Source of the DNA: the human T2T-CHM13v2.0 reference genome, Homo sapiens | Reading direction: 5' to 3' (one strand) | NCBI RefSeq assembly: GCF_009914755.1 | Contig: NC_060933.1 | Length of the DNA stretch: 64,000 nucleotides | In this document: in pieces, positions 29,535 through 42,719 of the stretch | Numbering within the stretch: the stretch's first letter is position 1 | Layout of the letters: each line of letters starts with the position of its first letter | Made by a program: the position numbers and the translations under genes | Notes under the pieces: generated by a model | The model's input: only the letters and a program-made list of their open reading frames with translations | Told to the model about the DNA's origin: nothing | The model's database searches: none

Positions 29535-29790
29535 GCTCTGGTATAATGGAAAGAAGGCAAGCTTTGGAGTTACACAGAAGTCAGTTTGAGTCCCAGTTCA
29601 GCTGCTTACTAGCTGTGTGACCCTGTATTAGTAATTTAAACTAGACGACCTAATTTTCTCATCAATACAACGGGCATGCTAAAACTTAACATTTCAGAAT
29701 TGTTGTAGAGATGAGTAAAATAGATATAAAAAGTTTTGCACATAGTTGCTACTCAAAAAGTAAATACAGAAAAACTGTCCCTTATTATTC
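29535..29790 (+). mobile_element. MIR
   Basis: gctttggagt...gagtcccagttcagctgcttactagctgtgtgacc. Confidence 0.75.
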
Positions 29791-29859
29791 TAATTGTTCT
29801 CAAGGAAGAATTGAAGAGCAACACAAGATAGTATATGATTCAGTATAAAATGAATTGCA

Positions 29860-30227
<368 letters not shown>

Positions 30228-30539
30228 CTACATACATGATATCCAGAGAGTTATAAAAAGAAAGAAAACAATTCAGGAGAAAATAAAAGTCTTACTTTAG
30301 AAGGACAATATAAATTATACAGAAATGGCACATACTCTATGGCAGCAGAGAACCAGAGGAAAGTAGTTTTGTATTAATAAGTAGTAAGATACACTGGATA
30401 GAACACATTACATTATGAAGAGTCTTGAGAAGCAATGTAAACATTTTAGATATAAACTCAATGACATCAAGGCATCATTGACCATACCTAGGCATATGCC
30501 TATCCTGCAGCATGATAGGACCATGTTAGACAGGCTAAT

Positions 30540-30810
30540 GGATGGCTGAATCCTTCTTATCATTGAGACCTCATATCAACTCTCATTTCAGAGTAGCCAC
30601 CCATGATTTCTCCATCTAAAGTAGCTTCTCACTCTCTATAATATCACACTATACAGAAATCGCTTTGCTTATTGATTTATTTGAAATTATTTTCTCCTCT
30701 CACTAGACTGTAAGCTCTGTGAGAACAAAAACATTGTCACTTTGAGTTTACTGCGATATTTGCAGCCCTAGCAACACTGTCTGACACACAGCAGACTCTC
30801 ACTTGCTCTT
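30540..30810 (+). mobile_element. L2 3' fragment
   Basis: cactagactgtaagctctgtgagaaca...cctagcaacactgtctgacacacagcag. Confidence 0.7.
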
Positions 30811-31198
30811 TCCCTGCCCTCCCTCCCCCGCCACCCAGGGCCCTTCTCTCTCTCTCCACAAACACACACACACGCACACACACACACACACATGCACACA
30901 CACTACATCAACAATTTAATATTTTCCTGGAAGAAGAAAAATCAGAATCTTTTGCAATAGCAATATATAAGCTGATGAAGGCTTATCATCTTGGCAATGG
31001 GTATGCTAACAAAGGAACAAAAGGGACTTATATTGATGTTACTTCTGTAGACCTACAGTTTGTCAAAATTAATTCTTCATGACAAAATGTACACTAAATT
31101 CATATAATTCAATGGGTGTCTAAATTCTCCAAACTACGTACGACCTTCTGTAACAAATCCATTTATCTGCACTGAAATAGCCCACTTTTATTTCTTAC

Positions 31199-31420
31199 AA
31201 GAATTCACAAATGCCAGCTCTCTGGTCACTCATAGGTCATTGTTCTGTAATGCATCTTCCTCTGGATAATCACATTTCTCAAGGCCTGCTGTGCAAATAC
31301 ACAATAGGTAATACTCAATGGCAATCCATTTTTCTATTTGGCATTGATTGGTGGAGTTGTCATATTATCTTTTCTATCAGAGAAGTTACTGTTAACTAAA
31401 TATCTTCCTTTCTAATGCTA
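31199..31420 (-). pseudogene. Exon 13 (ZP-C end and EHP-like): ALERKIFS...QCQIEK...GLEKCDYPEEDALQNNDL*VTRELAFVNS
   Basis: Acceptor tttttttattag|, donor |gtaaga, 222 nt, phase 1-1; ~ TGFBR3 DKKRFSF...QCELTLC...LPKCVPPDEA...QNKKTFTKPLAVI. Confidence 0.7.
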
Positions 31421-33044
31421 CTAATAAAAAAAACCTCTCCTACCATGACACCTCCTTAATTGCATTTTAGTCCATTTTAATCTGATGTGATACATTCTGG
31501 AGGCATATGGGAGGTGGGGACAAAGGGAAAGGTAATTCACCAGATGTAAGTTCAAAGAGTAAGGAATCCTTCTGTATCTGTATTATTTATTTTTATATAT
31601 TCTTGGCATCCTATAGTTTTCCTAGCATATAAATATGAGTTGAGTAAATGTTCCATAGAATAGCTACTGTATTTCCATGTAAATATAAAGAAACTGAAAA
31701 TTAAAAAAGGAAAAGCATCATTTGCCTAGGGTGTAGGTAATCTAATATTCTTTTCACTATACCAATAAGAGAGCCTGAGGTAGAGATAGTGCAGACAAAT
31801 AGATATTTCTTCCTCCCTTTTTTATAGTCTCTTCTATGCCTACAAAACCCAAATATGAATTAACTACTGTCTGTCCTCACTCACATTGTCAGGATCCTGA
31901 GTCAAATCATGAAGTTTGAGCCAGAATCTGTGAAGGATCACAACTAAATGGGTAAGAAGAACTGAAATAACAGAGGGAAGTATGGGCATACTTCTAGAAG
32001 TAATAGAAAAGGAAGAAAATAAGGCTACTAAAGGATTTTTGACGGGTAAGCAGGAACAATGCTCAGAAAAAGAATATCCTATTCCAGAGTTTAATTACTC
32101 AGGGCATTTTTTATTTCCCCTCCTTATTTTGCAATAGGTCTGCCTAGGATTAACAATGTGTGCATGACTCTCATCAAAATCAGTAAGCAAAAACATCTTG
32201 AAGAAAAGCTAGTTCTAGGGGTAACATGTTTGTGTGGTGTTACCAAAATGTACTTTTGCTTAATCACCAGGTAGTGATGTTGCTTAGAATAGTTGTAATA
32301 ATGAAGCACTGGACCTAGGTAGATAGAGAAGTTGACACTCGTTTGTGCAAGAACGAATGAGGACTAGGGGAGGGGAATAAATCCATCCAGTACTATTTGT
32401 TTTCAGAAAATTCCGGAGCTTAACAATAATACAGTATATAAGGAGGAAAGATCTTGTACACTACAAAAACTTAACATGCACTTGGAAAACTTGCATGATA
32501 TTATATTCGATAAGACACAGGTCTTTGTATATAACTGTATCTATACCAATCAAATACACCAGATTATAGATGGCTTTTAAAAGGCTATATATAGAATAAA
32601 TTCTGTGGCATCTTGTAGGATAAATAATTTACATAGTTGCTAAATGAAGAGAGAATAATTCAGAGAAAAACCTATTTCCTCAAAAAGGAAAACATTGCTT
32701 GACTTCCCTGTCACAAATATTTATGTCAAAAAATCTAGAACAATAAATAACCCTGCAATGTCTACTTTCCAACTATGAGAAGGGAAAAAAGTGTCTTTTA
32801 CCCGGTAGTTCCTTAGTAATCTGTTTCACATTTAGAATCTTGTCCTTAGTATGATTATTCCTAACACCACTGGAAGGTTTTAATAAGATAAAGATAAATA
32901 ATTTAAGTAATATTGATAAATTTGAAACATCTCTTATTTACTATGTAGCTATTTCTGTAAATACATTCATCATTGCTTATATAAATATAACTCAATAAAA
33001 ATAACACTTCTAATGATTGGCATATATTTTTAACTTTAAATTAC

Positions 33045-33192
33045 ATGGTGGAAGCACATTCATTCTTGATTCTTCAACACATTTTCTCTTTGCTTCAACA
33101 GCAAAGTCATGTTCTCCTTAGCTTGACAAATGTTTTAAACAATATCTAAATTCACTAACCATCAGTACTGCCTCTCAGGTAAATTATGTGAA
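33045..33192 (-). pseudogene. Exon 12 (ZP-C): FT*FT*EAVLMVSEFRYCLKHLSS*GEHDFAVEAKRKCVEESRMNVLPP
   Basis: Acceptor tatgttttag|, donor |gtaatt, phase 0-1; CLKHLSS*G...AKRKCV ~ ENG CHLDLGPEG...AKGNCV. Confidence 0.7.
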
Positions 33193-33512
33193 CTAAAACA
33201 TATTTTGTACTTCTAGACCTGATGAACTATATCTGAAGTCATCTGGGCAATTGAACAGGACTGAGTACTGGAAGGAAATTAAGATAAAGTGAAAAGATAT
33301 CACAAAAAAGATATCTACAAAAGACAGATATTTCCTTAAGATTGAATTTTTCCATAATGCAATTACCATTCAAGTGAAATAATTTTATAGAAAAAAATTC
33401 ATTAAAAAGCCAGTAATTAAAGCTCCTTGTGCAAATTTTAAAGCTAAAGTCTATGACTACACTACAGTGAACTGTGTCAGAAGGGTTTCAGTTTATTGCC
33501 AATAAGCTTTAC

Positions 33513-33635
33513 CATATTTTTAAAGTAAATTGTGTTTATTGGCAAGAAGATTGTTCTGATATTGATAAAGACCTGGTGAACAATTTGTTAGAAATACATA
33601 CATCAATAGGTTATTTGTGTTTTCTGCATTATCAC
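33513..33635 (-). pseudogene. Exon 11 (ZP-N/ZP-C junction): VIMQKTQITY*CMYF*QIVHQVFINIRTIFLPINTIYFKNM
   Basis: Acceptor ttctacttctgcaag|, donor ATG|gtaaag, 123 nt, phase 0-0; weak match to ENG ...HFLQASNTIEPGQQSFVQ. Confidence 0.5.
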
Positions 33636-33693
33636 CTTGCAGAAGTAGAAAAGGTAGGCATTAAAGCTTTGGTATTTGAGAGCGAACCACACG

Positions 33694-34077
33694 TGTATTA
33701 GTACATTTTCATACCGCTATAGAGAATTGCCCAAGACTGGGTAATTTATAAAGGAAAGAGGTTTAATTGACTCACAGTTCAGCATGGCTGGGGAGGCCTC
33801 AGGAAACTTACAATCATGGTGGAAGATGAAGGGAAAGCAAGGCAAATTCTTCACAAGGTGGCAGAAAGGAGAAGTGCTCAGTGAAGGTGGAAGAGCCCCT
33901 TGTAAAACCATCAATCTCATGAGAATTCACTCACTACCACGAGAACAGCATGGGAGAAACTGCCCCCATGACACAATTACCTCCATCTGGTCTCTCCCTT
34001 GACATGGGATTGTGGGGAGTATGGGGATTACAATTTAAGATGAGATTTGGGTGAGGACACAAAGCCTAAGCATATCA
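33694..34077 (-). mobile_element. THE1 (THE1C-like) solo LTR
   Basis: Antisense LTR tgtattagt...catatca; TSD acacg / acaag. Confidence 0.92.
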
Positions 34078-34435
34078 ACAAGTACAAAATATTGTTTGGT
34101 TACAACATGCATTGCTCGAAAGAAATGCTTTTTAGGGTGAAGTAAAGTATTTTTTTTCTAATTTAAGTCCTCTAATATGTAATAATATAAACCTATTATT
34201 TCTGCCAGATAATAAAATAAAAATATAATCCTCATAGCATATGTCAAGACCTAAATAAATGTATTCCTGGTTTCAGATTTTGGATAAACTTAGAATATAT
34301 ATACACTGCTTTAAAATATCACCAACTTGAACATTTTTAATGTTTTACTTGTTGTTTATGACATTGGGCATGAGTAGAAATGAAATAAGGTCCTATGAGT
34401 CCTTTAATGAAAGTATCTAATTAAAATAATCTCAC

Positions 34436-34581
34436 TGTTTTGAGATAAGGAAAGAGGAATAGTTCATAATTTTGTTGTTTGATAAATAAATAAAAGCTAT
34501 TATCTCAATAGTATCTTATTGTCATGAACCACAATGTTTTGTAAATCAAGCCAAATAACTAGATAACTGAGAACATTTTAT
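34436..34581 (-). pseudogene. Exon 10 (ZP-N): IKCSQLSSYLA*FTKHCGS*Q*DTIEII...
   Basis: Acceptor ttattatatttcag|; CGS ~ ZP-N CGT/CGM motif; donor |gtgaga, 3' end uncertain. Confidence 0.5.
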
Positions 34582-34624
34582 CTGAAATATAATAAACAGT
34601 GTAACTTCTTATTAAGAGATATCA

Positions 34625-35110
34625 CTGTTTGCCCAGCTTGGACTCCCTCTTTTCACTGCTGGCCTCATCTCTATCTCTAGGAAAGACAGCCCAAAGACCC
34701 CATATGTTTTACTCTCCCTTTCCATGGCTGATTGGAAAGAGATGGGTACCTGTTGCTAGTCAGGTTGAATTGAACATGTCATGAATAGTGAGGTCTAGAA
34801 TTTACACCATGGTTAATTTAGAAAAAATTAAGGTAAAGTTATTGAGGAAAATAAAAGACATAGAGGGAGAAATGGAACACCCAGAGAAAACACAAATGAG
34901 AAAACCTAAAGTTCCTTAGAATCAAGAGAGGTGAGAAAGCATCCATGTTCCTTGAAATATTCCACGTTCCTCATTCTTGACCCCATGGACCATGGCATAT
35001 GTAATTTCTTTAAGACTAACATATTCTCTCAAAATCTCTACACTTCCTTTTACTCGCAGTAATTACAGTAGGTTTCTATCTCTCTTAACCAAACAGCCTT
35101 CTTTGACTAC
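34625..35110 (+). mobile_element. Old MLT1-like LTR remnant
   Basis: ccatggctgattgg motif and 3' ...gtaggtttctatctctcttaaccaaacagcct; boundaries approximate. Confidence 0.4.
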
Positions 35111-35159
35111 TAGAATAATTTAAAAATAGAAGACAGTGGTACATATATATTTCTATACA

Positions 35160-35497
35160 CAGTAGTCCCCCCTTGCCCATGGTTTAACTATCTGTGGCTT
35201 AAGTTACCTGTGGTCAACTGCGGTTCAAAAATATTAAATGGAAAATTCCAGAAATAAATATCTCATAAGTTTTTAGTTGCACACTGTTCTAAGTAGCATA
35301 ATGAAATCTTGCACCATCCTGCTTCGTCCTGCCTGGGACATAAATCATCCCTTTGTCCAGAGTATTCACGCAGTATATATTACCTGTCTGTTAGTCATTT
35401 AGTAGTCCTCTCACCTGACTTATCATTACGAGGTCAATAGTAGTCTAATGCTACCTCACAATGCCTACATCATTCACCTCATTTTACTTTACCCATC

Positions 35498-35530
<33 letters not shown>

Positions 35531-36114
35531 TTGAGACGGAGTCTCGCTCTGTGGCCCAGGCTGGAGTGCAGTCGTGCGATCTCGGCTCACTGAAAGCTCC
35601 GCCTCCCGGGTTCACGCCATTCTCCTGCCTCAGCCTCTGGAGTAGCTGGGACTACAGGCGCCCGCCACCACGCCCGGCTAATTTTTTGTATTTTTTTTTT
35701 TAGTAGAGACAGGATTTCACCGTGTTAGCCAGGATGGTCTTGATCTCCTGACGTCGTGATCCACACGCCTCGGGCTCCCAAAATGCTGGGATTACAGGCG
35801 TGAGCCACCACGCCTGGCCTACTTTACGCATCTTATAGGCACTGTATCGTCTCTCATCATCACAAGAAGAAGAGTGAATACAGTGAATTTTGAGAGACAG
35901 ATTACATTTACATAACTTTTATTATAGTATATTGTTATAATAGTTTATCAGTTATTGTTAATCTCGTATTGTTCCTAATTTAAAATTTAAACTTTTTCAA
36001 AGGTATGTATGTATAGGGAAAAACATAGTTCATTTAAAGTTTGATATTATCTGCAGTTTCAGGTACCCACTGTGTAAATTGGAATATATCCCTTGTGGAT
36101 AATGGGCAACTACC
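35160..36114. mobile_element. MER44 (Tigger7-derived) DNA transposon split by an Alu
   Basis: cagtagtcccccctt 5' TIR; degenerate ggataatgggcaactac 3' end. Confidence 0.8.
35500..35819 (-). mobile_element. AluY nested in MER44
   Basis: TSD tactttacccatct / tactttacgcatct. Confidence 0.95.
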
Positions 36115-36187
36115 TTACAATGTACATACACACTACCATACTCTTATAAGACTGATTGAAAATCAGAAAAGAATGAATCTTGCTTAC

Positions 36188-36255
36188 AGTTTCCAAAGTT
36201 TTTTTAAAACATTATTTGAGAAAAAATGTATGCCAACTTATGCACATTTTAAAGT
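36188..36255 (-). pseudogene. Exon 9 (ZP-N): TLKCA*VGIHFFSNN...
   Basis: Acceptor cattcgcatag|, donor |gtaagc; ~ ENG HLKCTITGLTFW; likely 1-nt frameshift. Confidence 0.6.
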
Positions 36256-36756
36256 CTATGCGAATGTATGTATAAAATAAATTATAATTAATTATATCCC
36301 CTTCCTTTCTCACCACCAATATAGTCATTTTATCAGAATACAGGAAAGTATAGAGAAAGTGGGCGAGAGTAAGGTAACTAAAATTCCTATGAATGTAGTA
36401 ATTTTCTGTGTCTCTGTTTCTTCACTGATAAAAATGAGAGTATTCTTTATCTTAAAGGAGTTTCTGGCTCTAGGATTTAAATATGTGTTCTATATCTGTA
36501 TGTAATCTTGAACACTGACAATGATGACCACCACCTCTGTGTATTCATTCTGTGCTAGACCTTTTATATTTAATAATAAACCACAGTAATGTACTGTGAT
36601 TTAGACTATGTAAATCACCTAGGTCAAACAATTAGTAAACGATAAAGGAGATATTGTAAATTAAAACATGCTTGACTGATCCCAAAGCCATGGTTTTCTT
36701 TTACTCAATACTCACTCTCTGTCAGATTACAAATAATTGAAGAAAGATTCACTTAC

Positions 36757-36832
36757 TTGAATATACTTGAATATATCTTATCCTAAGATAAGAATTGGAC
36801 CAGATATTGTAAAACTTGTTCAGAAATGAGAG
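36757..36832 (-). pseudogene. Exon 8 (start of ZP-N): LISEQVLQYLVQFLS*DKIYSSIF
   Basis: Strong acceptor ctttttttatttcag| and donor |gtaagtg; SEQVLQYLVQ ~ ENG SPELLMSLIQ; contains a 10-bp tandem duplication. Confidence 0.62.
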
Positions 36833-38088
36833 CTGAAATAAAAAAGTACTCTACTTTACTCTGAATTAATAAACAATCTAGACTGCTTCAATTTCTAAAT
36901 GTTTTGATTAATAAAAATTTTACTGAATGCAGTATTATATCATTTTATTTGCATCATTAAGTATGGAGATAAGTTTAAAGTATTGACCCTACAATGACAA
37001 AAATAATATCAGATACATTTTTAAATTCTTAAAAATTATTTTAGAGATGAAAACATTGTAATTATCTGAATGAGTGACACTGGATATTACAGGAATATAT
37101 TACAGAAAAATATATATGATATATAATCACAGTAATTATCATATAATTATGTTCTCATCTCTAAAATACACTTGTGTATACAGTGGTATATACACTGATA
37201 TATACACTTTAAAATATAGATATATATATGCAGAGTATATATATATATGTATGTATGTATATTTATGTACAGGGAGAAAGAGAAAGAGAACTAATTACAG
37301 AACTAAAAAGAAAAATTATTCAATAAATACATTTTCTTGCCTAAGCCTTACTGTAAATAAAGATGCTTTTAAGGAACCGATTCATGCTACAATAAGCAGG
37401 CTTACAGGCTAGGATAAGAGAAGAGAAAAGAAAGAAGGTGAAAGATCTTCACCTCCACTCTTAAAGAAAAAGATGGAAAATGGACACTGATTATTTTTAT
37501 TTGTATTTTAACCATAAATCCCCGAATCGAAATAATTGTAAGATAAGCTAATCAGCAAAGGATTTAAAGACTGCATTAAACAAGCTGATAATGAATGAAG
37601 AATCCCTCTAAAATTTCCAAACACAAAAATATATGATCATAAACACACTATCTTCAGCTACAAAATGCTACAGTCTGTTGTATGCATGCGAAAGAGAATG
37701 AAGATAAAGAAAAAAATTGCTTTACTAGTCTTATTTTAGGTAGTCATTATCCAAGTGGGTTTTTATGTCATGCTGTATTTATTGGATTATTCAGCAAATT
37801 TCCCTATCATGAAAACTTCATATAAATATGTGACAATAATTCTTTAGTTGAATACTACCTTAATAAAAGTAACAACTCCACCTATCCAAAATGTTTTAGT
37901 ATCTCAAGTGTCTTAAGTGAAATTATTTTCATGATGGTTGCATACCTAGAGTGCTTATGAAGATTTTGAGTGGCAGAAAACAAGTGACATTTTCTCCAAT
38001 TATTGTCCTCATGCTATGCATTCTTTCAAGATCATAAGCTTCTGATAATAAGTTCTTTCCCCAGTGAATGCTGGAAACTCATACTTAC

Positions 38089-38206
38089 CTAATAGCCTCA
38101 GGAGATATTTCCACTACTCATGTAAATTATCTATTACTCAATGGAATTGTACATGTGGGCAAGAAAAATAGTCAGTGCATGGCTTTACAAATCCAGATAA
38201 CCAGTA
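38089..38206 (-). pseudogene. Exon 7 (end of orphan region): LVIWICKAMH*LFFLPTCTIPLSNR*FT*VVEISPEAI
   Basis: Acceptor gtgtatctttag|, consensus donor AG|GTAAGTAT; ~ TGFBR3 LVKW...PVANRFHLRLE. Confidence 0.72.
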
Positions 38207-38909
38207 CTAAAGATACACACCCTGCCACACACACCATGAGTATATACTGGGACTATGATGATCAATTATCTTAACAAAAGTAGAAATCCAATATCTTTAC
38301 TTTAATATTGTCATCCTTGAACAAAAAATTAATAAAAAGACAAGAGACAGAGAAACAAAACAACAAACATGAGTATTACTGATGAGGAAAAAGAAAATGA
38401 CAAAGTTCACAGAAACAATATTTTTTAAATTTTTTTGAGCCATTTTTGTTTTCTGTATTTTAATTGAATACAGCTACAAGAAGATATGGGATGATTAAAG
38501 ATCTAATAGACCAAAGCCTATCATCTACTTAAAAAATCTTATCCTTTAGTAGAATTCAGGCTACATTTTCCATAGTCTGCGCAATCTGTCTCTCAGTCTT
38601 TTTCGATCACACCCTCTGCCTTTTGCGGAGAGTTGTTATTTTATTCCAAGAAAACTTGAGACTTTCCCTGATCAGTGCAACTCCTAAATTTTACCCTGAT
38701 ATATTCCTATATTACATAGCAGTTACATGCCATTTTAATGGTAGAGCCTTATGGTTTGCACATTCCTAGCTATACACATAGGAGTGGAAAACCTTCAGAA
38801 GCAAACAAAGCAGAATCCTTTTATCCATTCATTAGCCAAAGTAGTAGAGAGAAGAAATATAACACATCAGAGCAACAGACCCTACAAATCATCTGAATAA
38901 AATATTCTA

Positions 38910-39077
38910 TGTCTTTTCTATTCAAAGTGTAGTTCTGGAATCATAGCAAAGATATCACCCGGGAGCTTGTTAAAAAAGCAGAATCTCCACCTCCCAGATC
39001 TGGTAATCCAATTCTGCATCTCAATATGATCTCCAGGTGATTCACATGCATATTAAAGTTTAAGATGCACTGCTCTA
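38910..39077. mobile_element. MER5A (hAT-Charlie)
   Basis: tcacccgggagcttgttaaaaaagcagaatctc...caggtgattc...aaagtttaagatgcactg. Confidence 0.8.
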
Positions 39078-39209
39078 CACTATTTAAGGAACTGGGAACT
39101 CCCAAGTACTTGTCAGATCTTCAGTCAGAAAAACATAAATAAATAAAACAATCTCCACCCTCCTACTCCTCAAAACCTCACCATTGCTCTTCAAAAACAA
39201 ACAAAACAT

Positions 39210-39570
<361 letters not shown>

Positions 39571-40000
39571 CTACACCTTGGGGGAAACATTGAGTTAGTT
39601 CTGGGAGGCTAGTTTGTTCATCTGCAGATCAATGCAAGCAAGGATGAGGTTTCCTGAGTTGAAGACACACATTAAATGATTTTATTTTTAATTGCAGTCT
39701 CACCAGAGAAGGGGAATTGTCCTGGCTCCTTCTCTTCCTAGGATAGTTTGATCATTCTGCTCTTTCTAGTCATTAACAGACTACTACCTTCATTTTCTTA
39801 AAAATACTAGTCATGTGTTCTACGTGTTTTCTTTGACATCCAGTAAGATTTATTCTGGAAGTGTAATTAGAAAACTCTAATTGTCTAAATGCTTTCTCAA
39901 CAGAGATAGAAGGACAATTTGGATATTTTATATGCATGTGGATGGTATGATAGTTAAGGCAAGGGGTTAAATGTTTAACAAATTCAGGAATTATAAATTT

Positions 40001-40422
<422 letters not shown>

Positions 40423-41041
40423 TAGTCTTAGCAAATACCGTGTGCTCAATTAATAGTTTTATAATTGGATTCAGTTGAATTAAAACAAATTCCTTCAGTC
40501 TAATCAGACAATAAGGTCTTTATATTCAATTTGACAGTCTTGTATTATAAAGGACAAAATATATGATAGTAGGAAGAGCCCAGAAAAAGCAGCGTTAGAT
40601 TCTAGTTATAACTCCATGACAAAAATAATAATTATTACATGCCTGAAGGGGGGAAATATAACAATTAGCAATTTTCAAAAATGTCATGGTATCTGTGCTA
40701 TAAACTGTAAATAACTAGTCTATTTCTTTATATATGCATATATATCTTTAATATATCTTATATATCTTTCATATATCCATATATAGATAGATACATATAT
40801 TTTTATATAATTTAATGGTTTAAAATATTACGAAGGTAAAATATAAAGACTGTGCATCCATATTGTGGAACATGTTAATTCTTGCCTAAGTAATCGGTGG
40901 CCCTCTTTAGCATTTTGGTGAGTGCTAGCTGTTTTAAAAAATCTGTATTCCTTTTCTCCCACAATAATTATTCTTTTCAAAAAGATCCTTACTATCTTTT
41001 ACTAACATATCAGAAGGAACTGGAAGGAAACTCATGCTTAT

Positions 41042-41163
41042 TCAGTGGTCTCAGGAGCTCTTTCTATTATGCCTGTGAATCATCTATTACTGAATGGAAT
41101 TATGGATATGGCCAAGAAGAATAAATAGTCAATGTATACCTTTATATATCTATATGGCCAGTA
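41042..41163 (-). pseudogene. Exon 7 duplicate copy (donor lost)
   Basis: Acceptor gtgtatctag|, donor position reads ataagc; about 78% identical to 38089-38206; 4-nt indel relative to that copy. Confidence 0.7.
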
Positions 41164-41167
41164 CTAG

Positions 41168-41169
<2 letters not shown>

Positions 41170-41202
<33 letters not shown>
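41170..41202. repeat. (CA)n microsatellite
   Basis: Direct read; expanded next to the duplicated exon acceptor. Confidence 0.95.
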
Positions 41203-41204
<2 letters not shown>

Positions 41205-42505
41205 TCAGGAAAAAAACCTGTGTGGGAATAATCATTCTATAAGGTAATCAGGAAAATAACTAAATAGTGCACAAAAAAAAAACCTTAAAACTGAACCTTA
41301 AAACCCTTAAGAGAGCTGTCACTGTATTTGAGGGTAAAGACTATTCACAAACTGATTTATTGATAAATTAGACATCAAAGAGGCAGAGGATAGAGCTTCC
41401 AACAAAATATTCATTAGGAACTAGCTATAATATCCCATGCATTTGAGAACTGATAATTCTAAAAACAGAACACTATCGCTTTGATACACATAATCATTTG
41501 CTATGAATACAACTTTGAATATATGTGACCTATAAAATCTTCAAAGATGGGTGTAGCCTCAAAAGCTCTTAAAGTTGCATCTCAAAATTATTTTTTTAGG
41601 TGTCAGAATTTGATATTTATATTAAAACTGGTCTGATACCACAACATATGGCAAGCACAGCCTATATAAATGAGTGCTTAATGAATAATTTTATGATGAA
41701 AATTAGCTAAATGGTGCACTAAATCTATTGAAATGTTCTCATTTTTCATTGTTTAACTGAAAATAGGAAGGTGTCAGCAATTAGCATATTTCATTAAGTA
41801 AGACAAGATCCACATCATGATGATTTTTATATATAAATTGATAAGAGGGAGGACATGTGTTTCTTTAAGAATAAGAGGATTCTAAATTTTAAAGATTTCC
41901 AAATTTTAAATATTTGAAGTGAAAAATCTATTAATCATTATAGATAAAAGTATTCCCACAGTATTAACTCCAAATTGCTGTCAAACACTGGGATGCATCC
42001 AATATAATGTTAAAGTAATATCCTCTTCTGCTTGAAACATTTTTCTTTTCCAAGATGTTTGAGATATATTTTAGTATTGGATGATGGTCTGCACTTAATT
42101 CTAAAATGGTGGCTGTGTGTGCATGTGAGTGTATGTGTATGTGTGTTTTAGACTGCACATCTTTATGTATAAATTAATTTGCTTCTAAGAGATCAACAAT
42201 GAAACATTTTAAAGGCTTAATTTGCAGAAAATAATTGAGTGGTGTATTCAAGAAATAAGCAATATAGCATAGTGTGAAGAACACTCAGTCTAGGGAGAGA
42301 AATTTAAAATTCACAGAGCTTGAATAAACGATGAACTGCTCTAAGTTTCAGGTTATTCACTCAACAAATATTGATTAAATATGAATTTTCCAGGAACAGT
42401 TCTTTATACTGGCAATATATGAACAGAAAATATACTTTATCCTCAAAGAATTCATATCTATATGAATATATATGCATATATATACAGCAATGTATATGTG
42501 ATATC

Positions 42506-42514
<9 letters not shown>

Positions 42515-42582
<68 letters not shown>
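42515..42582. repeat. Compound (TA)n(GA)n microsatellite
   Basis: Direct read. Confidence 0.95.
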
Positions 42583-42587
<5 letters not shown>

Positions 42588-42719
42588 TGCAGAAATCACT
42601 CGGATGTCTTAGACCAAGACAGAAATGATGACACTGATGACACTCGTGTCCTGTGATCTCACTGTTAGATATTGGATGTATTCTTGAGGTTGGACTGAGA
42701 CACTTTGCCAAAAAGAAGA

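Noticed and set aside
37513-37674. Minus-strand exon candidate between exons 7 and 8
   Set aside because: Weak donor, stops in all frames and no family motif
38081-38090. ATACTTACCT as a U1 snRNA copy
   Set aside because: No further U1 sequence follows; it is the complement of a minus-strand splice donor
38460-38700. Protein-looking minus-strand translation with retained CpGs
   Set aside because: Stop spacing is as expected for random AT-rich DNA; no good splice sites
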